A stretch of DNA of 64,000 nt from Candidatus Woesebacteria bacterium RIFCSPHIGHO2_02_FULL_42_20 (GCA_001792535.1 MGGS01000013.1:64692-128691), one strand, 5' to 3'; positions 29,349 to 37,953 are shown, counted from the first letter of the stretch. The notes: a model not told the origin generated them from the sequence alone. Made by a program: numbers and translations.

Positions 29349-30635
29349 GTGATTAGAGTAAGAATTGCGCCTTCGCCTACAGGTTTTGCCCACATTGGCA
29401 CAGCTTACACGGCTTTATTTAATTATGCATTCGCAAGACACAATAAAGGAACTTTCGTTATACGCGTGGAAGATACGGATGTAAAAAGAAATGTAAAAGG
29501 TGCCGAGGAGGCAATCTTTGGTGGTCTAGAGTGGCTCGGACTTGACTGGGATGAGAGCGTGGTTACTGGTGGAAAACATGGTCCCTATCGGCAATCTGAA
29601 AAGCTTGATGTATACAGAAACAAGGCAAAAGAACTAGTAAAGAAAGGATGGGCAAAAAAAGAAGAAGGGGCTATTCGATTCAACGGTGGTTTGTACGAAA
29701 AGAAGATAAACAAGTGGATAACCTGGAAAGACTTAATCCGCGGCGAGATTAGTTTTCATACAAATCAATTGACGGATTTTGTAATTTTGAAATCTGACGG
29801 GTATCCGACTTATAATTTTGCTGTTGTGATCGATGACTTGGATATGGAGGTTACTCATGTGATTCGTGGCGAGGAGCATATACCCAATACTCCAAGGCAA
29901 ATAGCACTCTATAAAGTTTTTGGACAGACACATCCGGAATTTGCCCATCACGTGACGCTTAGGGGAGCCGATCGGAGGAAACTATCCAAAAGGCGGGATC
30001 CTGTGGACCTTCGAATTTATCGGGAACAAGGTTATCTGCCGGAAGCCCTGCTTAATTTTTTGTGCTTGCTTGGCTGGTCACACCCGCAGGAAAAGGAAAT
30101 ATTTAGTTTGGCCGAGTTTGTGAAACTTTTTGATCTAAAAAGAATGCGCAAAGCTGGCCCCGTCTTTGATGTCAAAAAACTTGATTGGATGAATGGAGAA
30201 TACATTAGAAAAACTCAAAACTCAAAACTCAAAACTCAAATTTACGATTTCTATGACGGGGAATATGACAAAGAAGCAATAGAAAAAGTTCTGCCCTTAG
30301 TACAGACAAGAATGAATAAATTAAGCGAGTTTGGGACTATGGCTAACTTTTTCTTTAAAGAGCTCAAAATAGACAAGAAGTTGTTTGAGAAAGATTACAA
30401 GATGTATTTGAAATCTGCCCTGGAAGTTTTAGAGCATGTTAAACCTTTCAACCTCGATGCCGTTAGTAAAGAATTAATGAGAGCAGTTAAAGAAAATAAA
30501 TATAAGACTGGCGACTTTTTCATGAGCTTGCGATTAGCTATTGCCGGAAGCCGTTTTACTCCACCGATTAACGAATCAATGGTGATATTGGGAAAAAACG
30601 AAGTGATTAAAAGGCTTAAAGAGGTGCTAGATTAA
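29349..30635 (+). CDS. gltX: Glutamyl-tRNA synthetase
   Basis: APSPTGFAHIG, RVEDTD, IRGEEH, KLSKR motifs. Confidence 0.95.
   Translation: MIRVRIAPSPTGFAHIGTAYTALFNYAFARHNKGTFVIRVEDTDVKRNVKGAEEAIFGGLEWLGLDWDESVVTGGKHGPYRQSEKLDVYRNKAKELVKKGWAKKEEGAIRFNGGLYEKKINKWITWKDLIRGEISFHTNQLTDFVILKSDGYPTYNFAVVIDDLDMEVTHVIRGEEHIPNTPRQIALYKVFGQTHPEFAHHVTLRGADRRKLSKRRDPVDLRIYREQGYLPEALLNFLCLLGWSHPQEKEIFSLAEFVKLFDLKRMRKAGPVFDVKKLDWMNGEYIRKTQNSKLKTQIYDFYDGEYDKEAIEKVLPLVQTRMNKLSEFGTMANFFFKELKIDKKLFEKDYKMYLKSALEVLEHVKPFNLDAVSKELMRAVKENKYKTGDFFMSLRLAIAGSRFTPPINESMVILGKNEVIKRLKEVLD
30210..30237 (+). repeat. Perfect heptamer tandem repeat (AAAACTC)x4 inside gltX
   Basis: Direct reading; encodes KTQNSKLKTQ. Confidence 0.85.
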
Positions 30636-30640
30636 CATAT

Positions 30641-31591
30641 ATGAAAAAATCTGCCCGGCAGCTTAGTTTTGATGATTTAAGAGAACGTCTCAAGCTCAAA
30701 AAATTGACAGAGCAAGCTACTTTCAGCAAAAATTTTCCTGCTGCAACAAAGTTTTTCAAAAATAGGAATACCGACCTGGGGAAGATAAGGGATCACTCGA
30801 TCAAACTTATCGGTAGCGGATTGGTCACCGGTTCCATACTGCTTACTCACCTGCAGGGCATCGACGAAGTTTTGCCTTCCCCGCAATCGGTGATCGAAAA
30901 ATTAAACAGTCAAATTGCCTCTACAAGTAAAGCTTCCCAAAAACTTCTTTTGGAGTCACTGAAGGAACTACTTCCGAGCAAAGTTGGGCCATTGAGTCGG
31001 GAACAGGAGAAAGCACTTGAGAGGGTGTTTGAAAAAACTTTAAATATACCAGTCCGAGCTACTTTGGAGGGTGAGCACCTGAATACTGTATATGGCTATG
31101 TTGGTGCGGAGCAGCATCTTAAGCGCTACCCAGGAGATTTCCTCAGCCAACACTCGGGTGACCCGGCGATACTAAGATCGGGGATTGCTCCGGGCCTTGG
31201 GGCTTGGGGCTATTTTGCCCAATCAAAAGCTCAACTTTCCGAGGATTTAATAGAGAAAGAAAAATGGTATACGGTTGTCCAAACGCTTTACCTGCCGGAG
31301 TGGAACAGGCGTGTCGGTTATCTTCGTGACTGGTATAGGTATCGGAAAGTTTTAATAGTGAATACCAAAAACGGTAACGCAGTTGTTGCCTCTATTGCGG
31401 ATTCCGGGCCCGCGGCGTGGACGGGTAAGCACTATGGTGGAAGTCCGGAGGTTATGGAATACCTGGGAGGATCGCGTTATAAAAAAGGACCGGTTCTTGT
31501 TTTTTTTGTGGATGACCCTGACAATAATGTTCCTTTGGGGCCGGTTGAGTATAATAAATATAGCGCACAAATACACCCGTACACCAGTTGA
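30641..31591 (+). CDS. Hypothetical protein with RlpA/DPBB-like C-terminus
   Basis: VNTKNGNAVVASIADSGP resembles the double-psi barrel V..D.GP motif. Confidence 0.55.
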   Translation: MKKSARQLSFDDLRERLKLKKLTEQATFSKNFPAATKFFKNRNTDLGKIRDHSIKLIGSGLVTGSILLTHLQGIDEVLPSPQSVIEKLNSQIASTSKASQKLLLESLKELLPSKVGPLSREQEKALERVFEKTLNIPVRATLEGEHLNTVYGYVGAEQHLKRYPGDFLSQHSGDPAILRSGIAPGLGAWGYFAQSKAQLSEDLIEKEKWYTVVQTLYLPEWNRRVGYLRDWYRYRKVLIVNTKNGNAVVASIADSGPAAWTGKHYGGSPEVMEYLGGSRYKKGPVLVFFVDDPDNNVPLGPVEYNKYSAQIHPYTS

Positions 31592-31650
31592 GTAAAAGTT
31601 ATGAGCAAGATTTTTTACAGTTGCGTTAGCGAATGCTATAAAATCTGAGT

Positions 31651-32007
31651 ATGTCGAAGATTTTTTACGATGACCTTATCGACTTATCCAAAGTCGAAAG
31701 AAAAATCAGAAAAATTGCCAAAACAGAGGAAGAGCGTAGTGAACTCTGGAAAGTTGTCGATGAAATAGTTCACCACAGGGTAATGGGCTGCATTTTAGGT
31801 AAACTTCCGGGTAAAGACCACGGTGAATTTTTGGAGAGGTTTCATGAGCGGCCCCACGACGAAGGCCTTTTTGATTATTTGAAGGACAAAGCTAAAGAGG
31901 ACATAAAGTTTTTTATTAAAGAAGAAGCCATAAAATTGGGCTTCGAACTGCTTGACGAGCTCCATTCCGGGTTAATTAAATCTTCAGCTGGTTCTAAGCG
32001 AAAATAG
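31651..32007 (+). CDS. Hypothetical protein
   Basis: ORF in operon context. Confidence 0.65.
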   Translation: MSKIFYDDLIDLSKVERKIRKIAKTEEERSELWKVVDEIVHHRVMGCILGKLPGKDHGEFLERFHERPHDEGLFDYLKDKAKEDIKFFIKEEAIKLGFELLDELHSGLIKSSAGSKRK

Positions 32008-32031
32008 TATACTATTTTGTGCGCAACTTCC

Positions 32032-32682
32032 ATGAGAATTTTAGTTGTCGAAGACGAACATAAAATTGCCAGCTCAATTAAACGCGGTTTGGAACAGGAA
32101 GGCTATGCTGTGGATGTTGCTTATGACGGCGAGCAGGGGTATGATCTTGCATCTAGCGAAAGTTATGACGCAATCGTCTTAGACCTCATGCTTCCTAAAA
32201 TCGACGGTCTGACGATCTGCTCAAAGCTTAGAGAAGAAGAAAAACACACACCGATATTAATTTTGACTGCCAAGGGATTTTTGAGTGACCGAGTAAATGG
32301 TCTTAATACAGGGGCCGATGATTATTTGGTGAAGCCTTTTGCTTTTGAAGAGCTGTTGGCCAGATTGCGCGCCCTTTTGCGGCGGCCGAAAAACGGAGGC
32401 TTGGCCAGGCTGGTTTATAAAGACCTGGAGTTGGATAGTGTGAATTTCGAGGTAAAGATGTCTGGAAAAAAAATAAATTTGTCCAGAAAAGAATTTGCTC
32501 TCTTGGAGTATTTGATGAGAAATTCTGGCAAAATCGTAAGTAAAGACAATATCATTGACCATGTTTGGAGTTATGACGCCGATATTTTACCAAATACGGT
32601 GGAAGTGTATATCGGCTACTTGAGAAAAAAAATTAGTGGACTTATTCAAACAGTTCGTGGTTTTGGTTACAAACTAGATTAA
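32032..32682 (+). CDS. OmpR-family response regulator
   Basis: LVVEDE, LDLMLP, GADDYLVKPF, TVRGFGY. Confidence 0.95.
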   Translation: MRILVVEDEHKIASSIKRGLEQEGYAVDVAYDGEQGYDLASSESYDAIVLDLMLPKIDGLTICSKLREEEKHTPILILTAKGFLSDRVNGLNTGADDYLVKPFAFEELLARLRALLRRPKNGGLARLVYKDLELDSVNFEVKMSGKKINLSRKEFALLEYLMRNSGKIVSKDNIIDHVWSYDADILPNTVEVYIGYLRKKISGLIQTVRGFGYKLD

Positions 32683-33683
32683 TGCATATTTTTGACTCCG
32701 CAAGGATTAAATTAACTGCTTGGTACTTGGTCATCATTGCGTTGATCAGTATTAGCTTTAGCGCAATCATATATCAAGTGGTAACGAATGAGCTTGAAAG
32801 GGGCTTTATGGTGGCGGAATATAGAATTCGGGGAATGCCCATACCACACCAGAGAGTTAGGCTTCTTTTGGAGGATGAATTGATGGACGCAAAAAATTTA
32901 GTCGCTGCCAGATTAGCCGTTATCAATGGTTTTATCTTGATTGTGTCTGGGTTGGCAAGCTATGTTTTGGCTGGGAAATCTCTTCGACCAATTAAACTTG
33001 CCATGGACGAGCAAAAGCGTTTTGTTGCAGATGCCAGTCACGAGCTTAAAACCCCATTGACGGCTATCAAGACCGAAATTGAAGTTGCGCTCCGGGACAA
33101 AAATTTGAAGTTAAGACAAGCCAGGGAACTGCTTAAAAGCAATTTACAGGAAACGGACAAAATTAAAGATCTGGCGAATTATTTACTGACTCTTTCTAAG
33201 TATGAGGGTAATGGAAAAGATATTGTAAGGCAGAAGGTTAATTTTAAGGAGGTGGTGAGCGAAGCTGTGGAAAAAAATTTGGCTTTGGCACGAAATAACA
33301 GTACGAAATTGCTTAGCCGTTTGGAGGAGATAAATATTTATGGCAACAAACAAAGCTTGGTTGAACTTGTTTCAATACTTATTAATAACGCTATAAAATA
33401 TAGTCCAAAGAATAGGAAAGTATCTGTTGATTTGTCCAAGCGGGGCAGGAGTGCTGTTTTGGAAGTCAAAGACGAAGGGATAGGGATAGACAAAAAGGAT
33501 TTAGCTCATGTTTTTGATCGCTTTTACCGTTCGGATTCTTCGCGCTCAAAGGACAATATTGAAGGTTTTGGTCTTGGCCTTTCAATTGCAAAGTCAATTG
33601 TCGAACTTCATGAAGGAAAAATTACGGTGAGTAGTAAACCAAACAAAGGCAGTACTTTCTCAATTGTACTCCCCTTGGTCTAA
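32682..33683 (+). CDS. Sensor histidine kinase
   Basis: DASHELKTPL, NAIKYS, DEGIG, GFGLGL. Confidence 0.95.
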   Translation: MHIFDSARIKLTAWYLVIIALISISFSAIIYQVVTNELERGFMVAEYRIRGMPIPHQRVRLLLEDELMDAKNLVAARLAVINGFILIVSGLASYVLAGKSLRPIKLAMDEQKRFVADASHELKTPLTAIKTEIEVALRDKNLKLRQARELLKSNLQETDKIKDLANYLLTLSKYEGNGKDIVRQKVNFKEVVSEAVEKNLALARNNSTKLLSRLEEINIYGNKQSLVELVSILINNAIKYSPKNRKVSVDLSKRGRSAVLEVKDEGIGIDKKDLAHVFDRFYRSDSSRSKDNIEGFGLGLSIAKSIVELHEGKITVSSKPNKGSTFSIVLPLV

Positions 33684-33738
33684 GCATTTTCTCAGACTAA
33701 CTATGTAAATTCAAAATGTCCGGAAGGGGGTGATAAAA

Positions 33739-34209
33739 ATGAGTAGAGTTAGTAAAAAAATGATTATTCCGACAATGCTGATTCTGACTCTTTTGACTAT
33801 CGGACTTTACGGCGTAAGCCAAGTTTCAGCCGAGGATTTGGCTAGTCACGCTCCAATTGTGCAACGAATTGCCGATAAGTTTGGTTTAAATGTGGCAGAC
33901 GTTGAGGAGGTTTTTACTCAAGAGAGACAAGAGCATCATCAGTTGATGAGACAAAACTTTGAAGAAAGACTCAATCAGGCAGTGTCCGACGGTAAATTAA
34001 CCGAGGACCAAAAAAATGCACTTTTGGAGAAGATAGATGAAGTCAAAGCGGAGCGCGAGGCATATAGATTACAAAACCGCGAGGAAATGCAAGCTTGGTT
34101 TAGTCAACAAGGAATTGATCCTGAGGTGCTGGGCAAATATTTGGGTGGGTTTGCCAAAGGTTTCGGCCGTGGCGGTCATCACGGTTTGATGATAGGGACA
34201 GGTCAATAA
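33739..34209 (+). CDS. Secreted helical protein, likely target of the two-component system
   Basis: Signal peptide, DGKLTEDQ motif, Gly/His-rich tail. Confidence 0.65.
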   Translation: MSRVSKKMIIPTMLILTLLTIGLYGVSQVSAEDLASHAPIVQRIADKFGLNVADVEEVFTQERQEHHQLMRQNFEERLNQAVSDGKLTEDQKNALLEKIDEVKAEREAYRLQNREEMQAWFSQQGIDPEVLGKYLGGFAKGFGRGGHHGLMIGTGQ

Positions 34210-34228
34210 TTTCAACTTGTGCTACTTG

Positions 34229-34255
34229 GGGGTGCCAAATGGTACCCCTTTTTTT
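34229..34255 (+). terminator. Intrinsic terminator
   Basis: GGGGTGCCA-AA-TGGTACCCC followed by T7. Confidence 0.8.
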
Positions 34256-34327
34256 GCCAAGTTAAAATTCGGAGGCAGGGTCTTTGATTTTTATTGATTG
34301 AGGAAAAGATTTTTTTATGGTGGGTGT

Positions 34328-35158
34328 TCATAGTGGGCTTTTGATGTTTTTAAGTTTTGGATTGGTTACTTTAGTATAGATTTGGGTTGTTCGGATATTT
34401 GCATGCCCCAGAAGTTCTTGGACATATCGAACATCAGTCCCATTTTCCAGTAGGTGTGTGGCAAAACTATGTCTTAATGAGTGGAATGTGGCAGGTTTTT
34501 TAATATATGCTTTTTTAAGCGCATATGAAAAAACTTTTTGTGCGGTTCTGGTTGTAAGTTTGCCTCCCTGCTCACTTTCAAATACTATATTGTCCGCTTT
34601 TTTTCCTGTGATAAGGTTTTGGATATCAGTTTTTATTTTTGCGGGCACAATGGTTATTCTGTCTTTTGCTCCCTTGGCGTTTTTAATGTGAATTGTCAAC
34701 TCGTCCAAATCTATATCTTTCACTTTTAGATTTATGACCTCACTTACTCTTAACCCTGCTCCGTATGATAAAGAAATAAGAATCTTGTGTTTTGAATTGC
34801 TGATAGATTCTATTATTTTTCTTATATCCCGACGTGACAAAATGACAGGGAGTTTTATTGCATGCTTAGTGCGGGGAATGTTAATAAAGAACCTTCTGTG
34901 CATAATCTTTTCGAAGTAGAACAAAAGCGCACTGTATGCAGTATTTATTGTGGAGTTTGATTTTTTCTGACTCGCAAGTCTTTCTAAGTAATTTCTGATA
35001 TCAACAGAATTTATGGTTTTGGGGCTTTTGTTAGTATATTTTAAAACCTTGGTAATGTATCCTAAATATGCTTTTCTTGTTCTTAGACTGAAACCGCGAA
35101 GTTTCATTTCTTGCTCAAGTTTTCTGATTGGATCTTGACTGGGATATTTGTATTTCAT
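34328..35158 (-). CDS. Tyrosine recombinase, integron-integrase-like but lacking the IntI insertion
   Basis: N-terminal SAM-like domain, YGAGLRVSE, KGAKDR, HSLRHSFATHLLE, LGH, TTQIY; divergent from the cassette array. Confidence 0.9.
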   Translation of the reverse strand: MKYKYPSQDPIRKLEQEMKLRGFSLRTRKAYLGYITKVLKYTNKSPKTINSVDIRNYLERLASQKKSNSTINTAYSALLFYFEKIMHRRFFINIPRTKHAIKLPVILSRRDIRKIIESISNSKHKILISLSYGAGLRVSEVINLKVKDIDLDELTIHIKNAKGAKDRITIVPAKIKTDIQNLITGKKADNIVFESEQGGKLTTRTAQKVFSYALKKAYIKKPATFHSLRHSFATHLLENGTDVRYVQELLGHANIRTTQIYTKVTNPKLKNIKSPL

Positions 35159-35220
35159 AAACTAGTTATGGTTGAAAGTATTATAACCAATATTACCGTG
35201 ATTTTGGCATTTTAGTCAAC

Positions 35221-35243
35221 AGTTCGGATATAAGAAGTTAAGC
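35221..35243 (+). other. attI-like primary recombination site
   Basis: AGTTCGGATATAAGAA-GTTAAGC (GTTRRRY), whose reverse complement TCGCTTAAC closes cassette 1. Confidence 0.65.
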
Positions 35244-35307
35244 GACATATTACTCGGGCAGCGGCTAAAAGAAACTTTTATAATCCTGCTTCCATTTTAT
35301 ATAGACT

Positions 35308-35865
35308 ATGACCAACATTATAATCATTCATGACACTGGCGGAAATCCTAACGGAAATTGGTTTCCTTGGCTAAAATCTGAACTTGAAAAATTAGATTGT
35401 AGAGTTTTCGTCCCTAAATTTCCTACGCCAGAAAATCAATCATTAGAAAATTGGCTTAAAGTTTTCAAAGCATATGAGCAATACTTGGACGAAAACTCTA
35501 TTGTTGTTGGTCATAGTCTTGGACCTGCATTTTTGTTAAGTGTTCTTGAAAATCTCAATCGCCCAATCAAAGCTGCGTTTTTCGTTGTTGGGTTTACTGG
35601 TTTATTGAATAATCCTGATTTTGACGAACTCAATGAATCTTTTGTTACAAAGAGCTTTGATTGGGCTAAAATCAAGAACAACTGCAAGAGATTTTATGTC
35701 ATCAATTCAGATAACGACCCTTATGTTCCACTTGAAAAAGGAAAATCTCTTGCTGAAAATCTTGGCACTGAATTAATTGTTCTCAAAAATGCAGGTCATA
35801 TTAACGAGGAAGCAGGATATACTGAATTTAGTTTCTTACTTGATAAAATAAAGAATGAATTGTAA
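35308..35865 (+). CDS. Cassette 1: RBBP9/YdeN-family alpha/beta hydrolase
   Basis: NWFPWL, GHSLG, SDNDPYVP, AGHIN. Confidence 0.88.
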   Translation: MTNIIIIHDTGGNPNGNWFPWLKSELEKLDCRVFVPKFPTPENQSLENWLKVFKAYEQYLDENSIVVGHSLGPAFLLSVLENLNRPIKAAFFVVGFTGLLNNPDFDELNESFVTKSFDWAKIKNNCKRFYVINSDNDPYVPLEKGKSLAENLGTELIVLKNAGHINEEAGYTEFSFLLDKIKNEL

Positions 35866-35948
35866 CGCCGCCGCGCTGCATCATACGCCTCCGCTCCTTT
35901 CAGTCGCTCGGGGGACGCTGCGCTTTCGTCGCTACGCTCCTCACCCTC

Positions 35949-36044
35949 GCTTAACAAGGATTATGAGGAAAATGCCTCAGCTCGGCATTTTCCCAAATTT
36001 GCTCCACTTCATTCCGCAAACTTCTCATAATCCTGACGTTATAT
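35949..36044 (+). repeat. attC-like site 1
   Basis: GCTTAAC-A-AGGATTATGAG...CTCATAATCCT-GAC-GTTATAT; 11-bp perfect stem with two inner hairpins. Confidence 0.8.
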
Positions 36045-36081
36045 GACATAGAAAACATTTTACTAATTTTTTTAAATAACA

Positions 36082-36504
36082 ATGATAAATAAACGATTAC
36101 AAAATTTATTTCTTGTGGGAGCAATTTTAGAGATTCTTCATATGCCTTTAGAGCTGTGGCTTTTTGGTTTAGACCATTCAGTTTACAGCGATGCAAGGGC
36201 CGTTTTTGATTTTATGCAGGAAAAACTTAGTTATTTTTCCTCAAATAGCGATGAATCATTTATTATCCTTATTGGTATGTTTGGATTTTTTTGGCTCTTA
36301 ACAACATACCTCATGTTAAATGGGAAAAAGTGGCAATTGGTTGTTGTTATTTTTTTCAGTCTTCTCTTTATATCAGAAGTACATCATCTTATTCGCTCTA
36401 TAATAAAGACGAGCTATTATCCAGGAACTTTAATAGGCTTGGTAATTTGTATAATAGGGATCGTTATTTTCATAGAATCTCTAAAATCTTTAAAGGAAAA
36501 GTAA
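36082..36504 (+). CDS. Cassette 2: HXXEE-like membrane protein
   Basis: Four TM segments; LHMPLE, EVHHL, YYPG motifs. Confidence 0.65.
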   Translation: MINKRLQNLFLVGAILEILHMPLELWLFGLDHSVYSDARAVFDFMQEKLSYFSSNSDESFIILIGMFGFFWLLTTYLMLNGKKWQLVVVIFFSLLFISEVHHLIRSIIKTSYYPGTLIGLVICIIGIVIFIESLKSLKEK

Positions 36505-36520
36505 AAATGTTTTCTACATC

Positions 36521-36605
36521 ATATAACACGGCATATCTGGCTTCGGCTTTTACAAAGCCTACGCTCAAATCGCTTCGCGACTTCAGATATGCCGGAACGT
36601 TATAT
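36521..36605 (+). repeat. attC-like site 2
   Basis: ATATAAC-A-CGGCATATCTG...CAGATATGCCG-GAAC-GTTATAT; 11-bp perfect stem. Confidence 0.8.
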
Positions 36606-36667
36606 AAAATATTTTTTAGGGGGCCTACCGAAAGCAATATAAGTATTTAATTCTTTACATTACTATT

Positions 36668-37243
36668 ATGGCAAATCAAGATATCGAAATTGAAATAAAA
36701 ACTACCTTGGATAATCCAGATGATGTAAAGGAATTTCTTAATGAGAATGGAAAATTAGTATCAAAAGATGTTTTTCAGAAAGATACATATTTTATTCCAA
36801 CCCACAGGGATTTTCTAAACGTAAAATATCCTTTCGAATGGTTGAGATTAAGGGAATCACAAAAAGGATTTTCAATAAACTATAAGCATTTTCATCCTGA
36901 AAATGTCAAAAAGACGGACTATTGCGATGAATTTGAAACAAAAATTGAAAATGTTGAAGCAATAAAAAAGATTTTTCAAAACTTGAATATAAAAGAAACT
37001 GTTGTTGTAGAAAAGGTTAGAACTACTTGGATGTTTGAAGAAGTTGAAATTGTAATTGATGAAGTAAAAGATTTGGGTTCATACATTGAATTAGAAACAA
37101 CAGCACATTTTGAAAAGCCTCAAGAGGGCAAGAAATTTCTTTACAAGATACTTAAAAAATTAAATGCTAAAGTAGGAGAAGAGGATTTGAGAGGTTACCC
37201 TTTTAGAATCTTAGAAAACAAAGGATATAAATTTGGAGAATAA
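36668..37243 (+). CDS. Cassette 3: CYTH / class IV adenylate cyclase family protein
   Basis: EIEIK, QKDTYF, LRLR, KVRTTW, DEVKDLGSYIELE. Confidence 0.88.
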   Translation: MANQDIEIEIKTTLDNPDDVKEFLNENGKLVSKDVFQKDTYFIPTHRDFLNVKYPFEWLRLRESQKGFSINYKHFHPENVKKTDYCDEFETKIENVEAIKKIFQNLNIKETVVVEKVRTTWMFEEVEIVIDEVKDLGSYIELETTAHFEKPQEGKKFLYKILKKLNAKVGEEDLRGYPFRILENKGYKFGE

Positions 37244-37323
37244 CGGCCACCTAAAAATTACTCTGTGGAAAATAAAAGATTTTCCTTGCCACGCTGCGCT
37301 CTCCTCCCGTTGGTTGTCGGGGT

Positions 37324-37440
37324 GTATAACAAGGGATATTCAGTTCAGGGCTCTGCTCGCCCCTCACCCAAATTGCTCGTTTCTGCCAAAATATAGCTAA
37401 GGTTAAACGAGCAACTTACGTATAGCTCGGTGCGTTGTGG
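37324..37440 (+). repeat. attC-like site 3 (degenerate outer stem)
   Basis: GTATAAC...CCCAAAT-TGCTCGTTT...AAACGAGCA-ACTT...GTTGTGG. Confidence 0.65.
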
Positions 37441-37502
37441 TAATATTACTCGGATTTTATAAACAAAAAGTATTTAATTAATAAAAGTTATAGAATAAAA
37501 AT

Positions 37503-37751
37503 ATGGAGGGATAATATATAAGAAGAGAATACTTGGCGCAAGACAGAACTCATCTTGCAAACGAAAGAACACTTTTAGCATATTGGAGAACTACGCTTGC
37601 ATTTTTAGTTTTAGGAGCATTTCTAATCAAATTTTTTGTTTCAATATATTCCATGATATTGGCTTTAGTTTCAATGCTTTTTGGAGTTGTATTATTTATT
37701 TATGGTATTGTAAGGTATCTCAAATATAAGGCAAAAATAAATCACAGATAA
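37503..37751 (+). CDS. Cassette 4: DUF202/YidH-family membrane protein (TAA at codon 4; possible pseudogene or TTG restart at 37533)
   Basis: LAQDRTHLANERTLLAYWRT motif; ATG GAG GGA TAA in frame upstream. Confidence 0.7.
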
Positions 37752-37810
37752 TCAAACCCTGCGTCATACAGTCGGTTGCTTCGTTCCCTCGTTCGCCTTG
37801 CGGGATTACC

Positions 37811-37898
37811 ACATAACACGGCTTAAACAAAATTTCTTGCAGAAATTTCCCAAATGCTCGGCTATGCCTAGCACTTCGCATAATCCGATATGTTAATT
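37811..37898 (+). repeat. attC-like site 4 (end of array)
   Basis: ACATAAC-A-CGG...AAATTTCT/AGAAATTT hairpin-CCCAAAT-hairpin-ACTTC...CCG-ATAT-GTTAATT. Confidence 0.7.
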
Positions 37899-37953
37899 TG
37901 AAAATCTCGAGAAGTTTTAACTGACACCCCAGATTTTAGAGGCATTGGCTGTT

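Larger units (their letters stand above)
34328..37898. mobile_element. Integron-like element: integrase, attI-like site and four gene cassettes
   Basis: Divergent integrase, core site GTTAAGC at 35237, four co-oriented AT-rich genes each followed by a TAAC...GTT structured site. Confidence 0.8.

Noticed and set aside
35949-37898. Possible CRISPR array or simple terminators
   Set aside because: The repeats are not identical, are separated by whole genes, and lack U tracts. No cas genes are present.
34258-37922. Terminal inverted repeats around the integron-like element (GTTAAAA.../...TTTTAAC)
   Set aside because: Only 7-8 AT-rich bases match, which is expected by chance.
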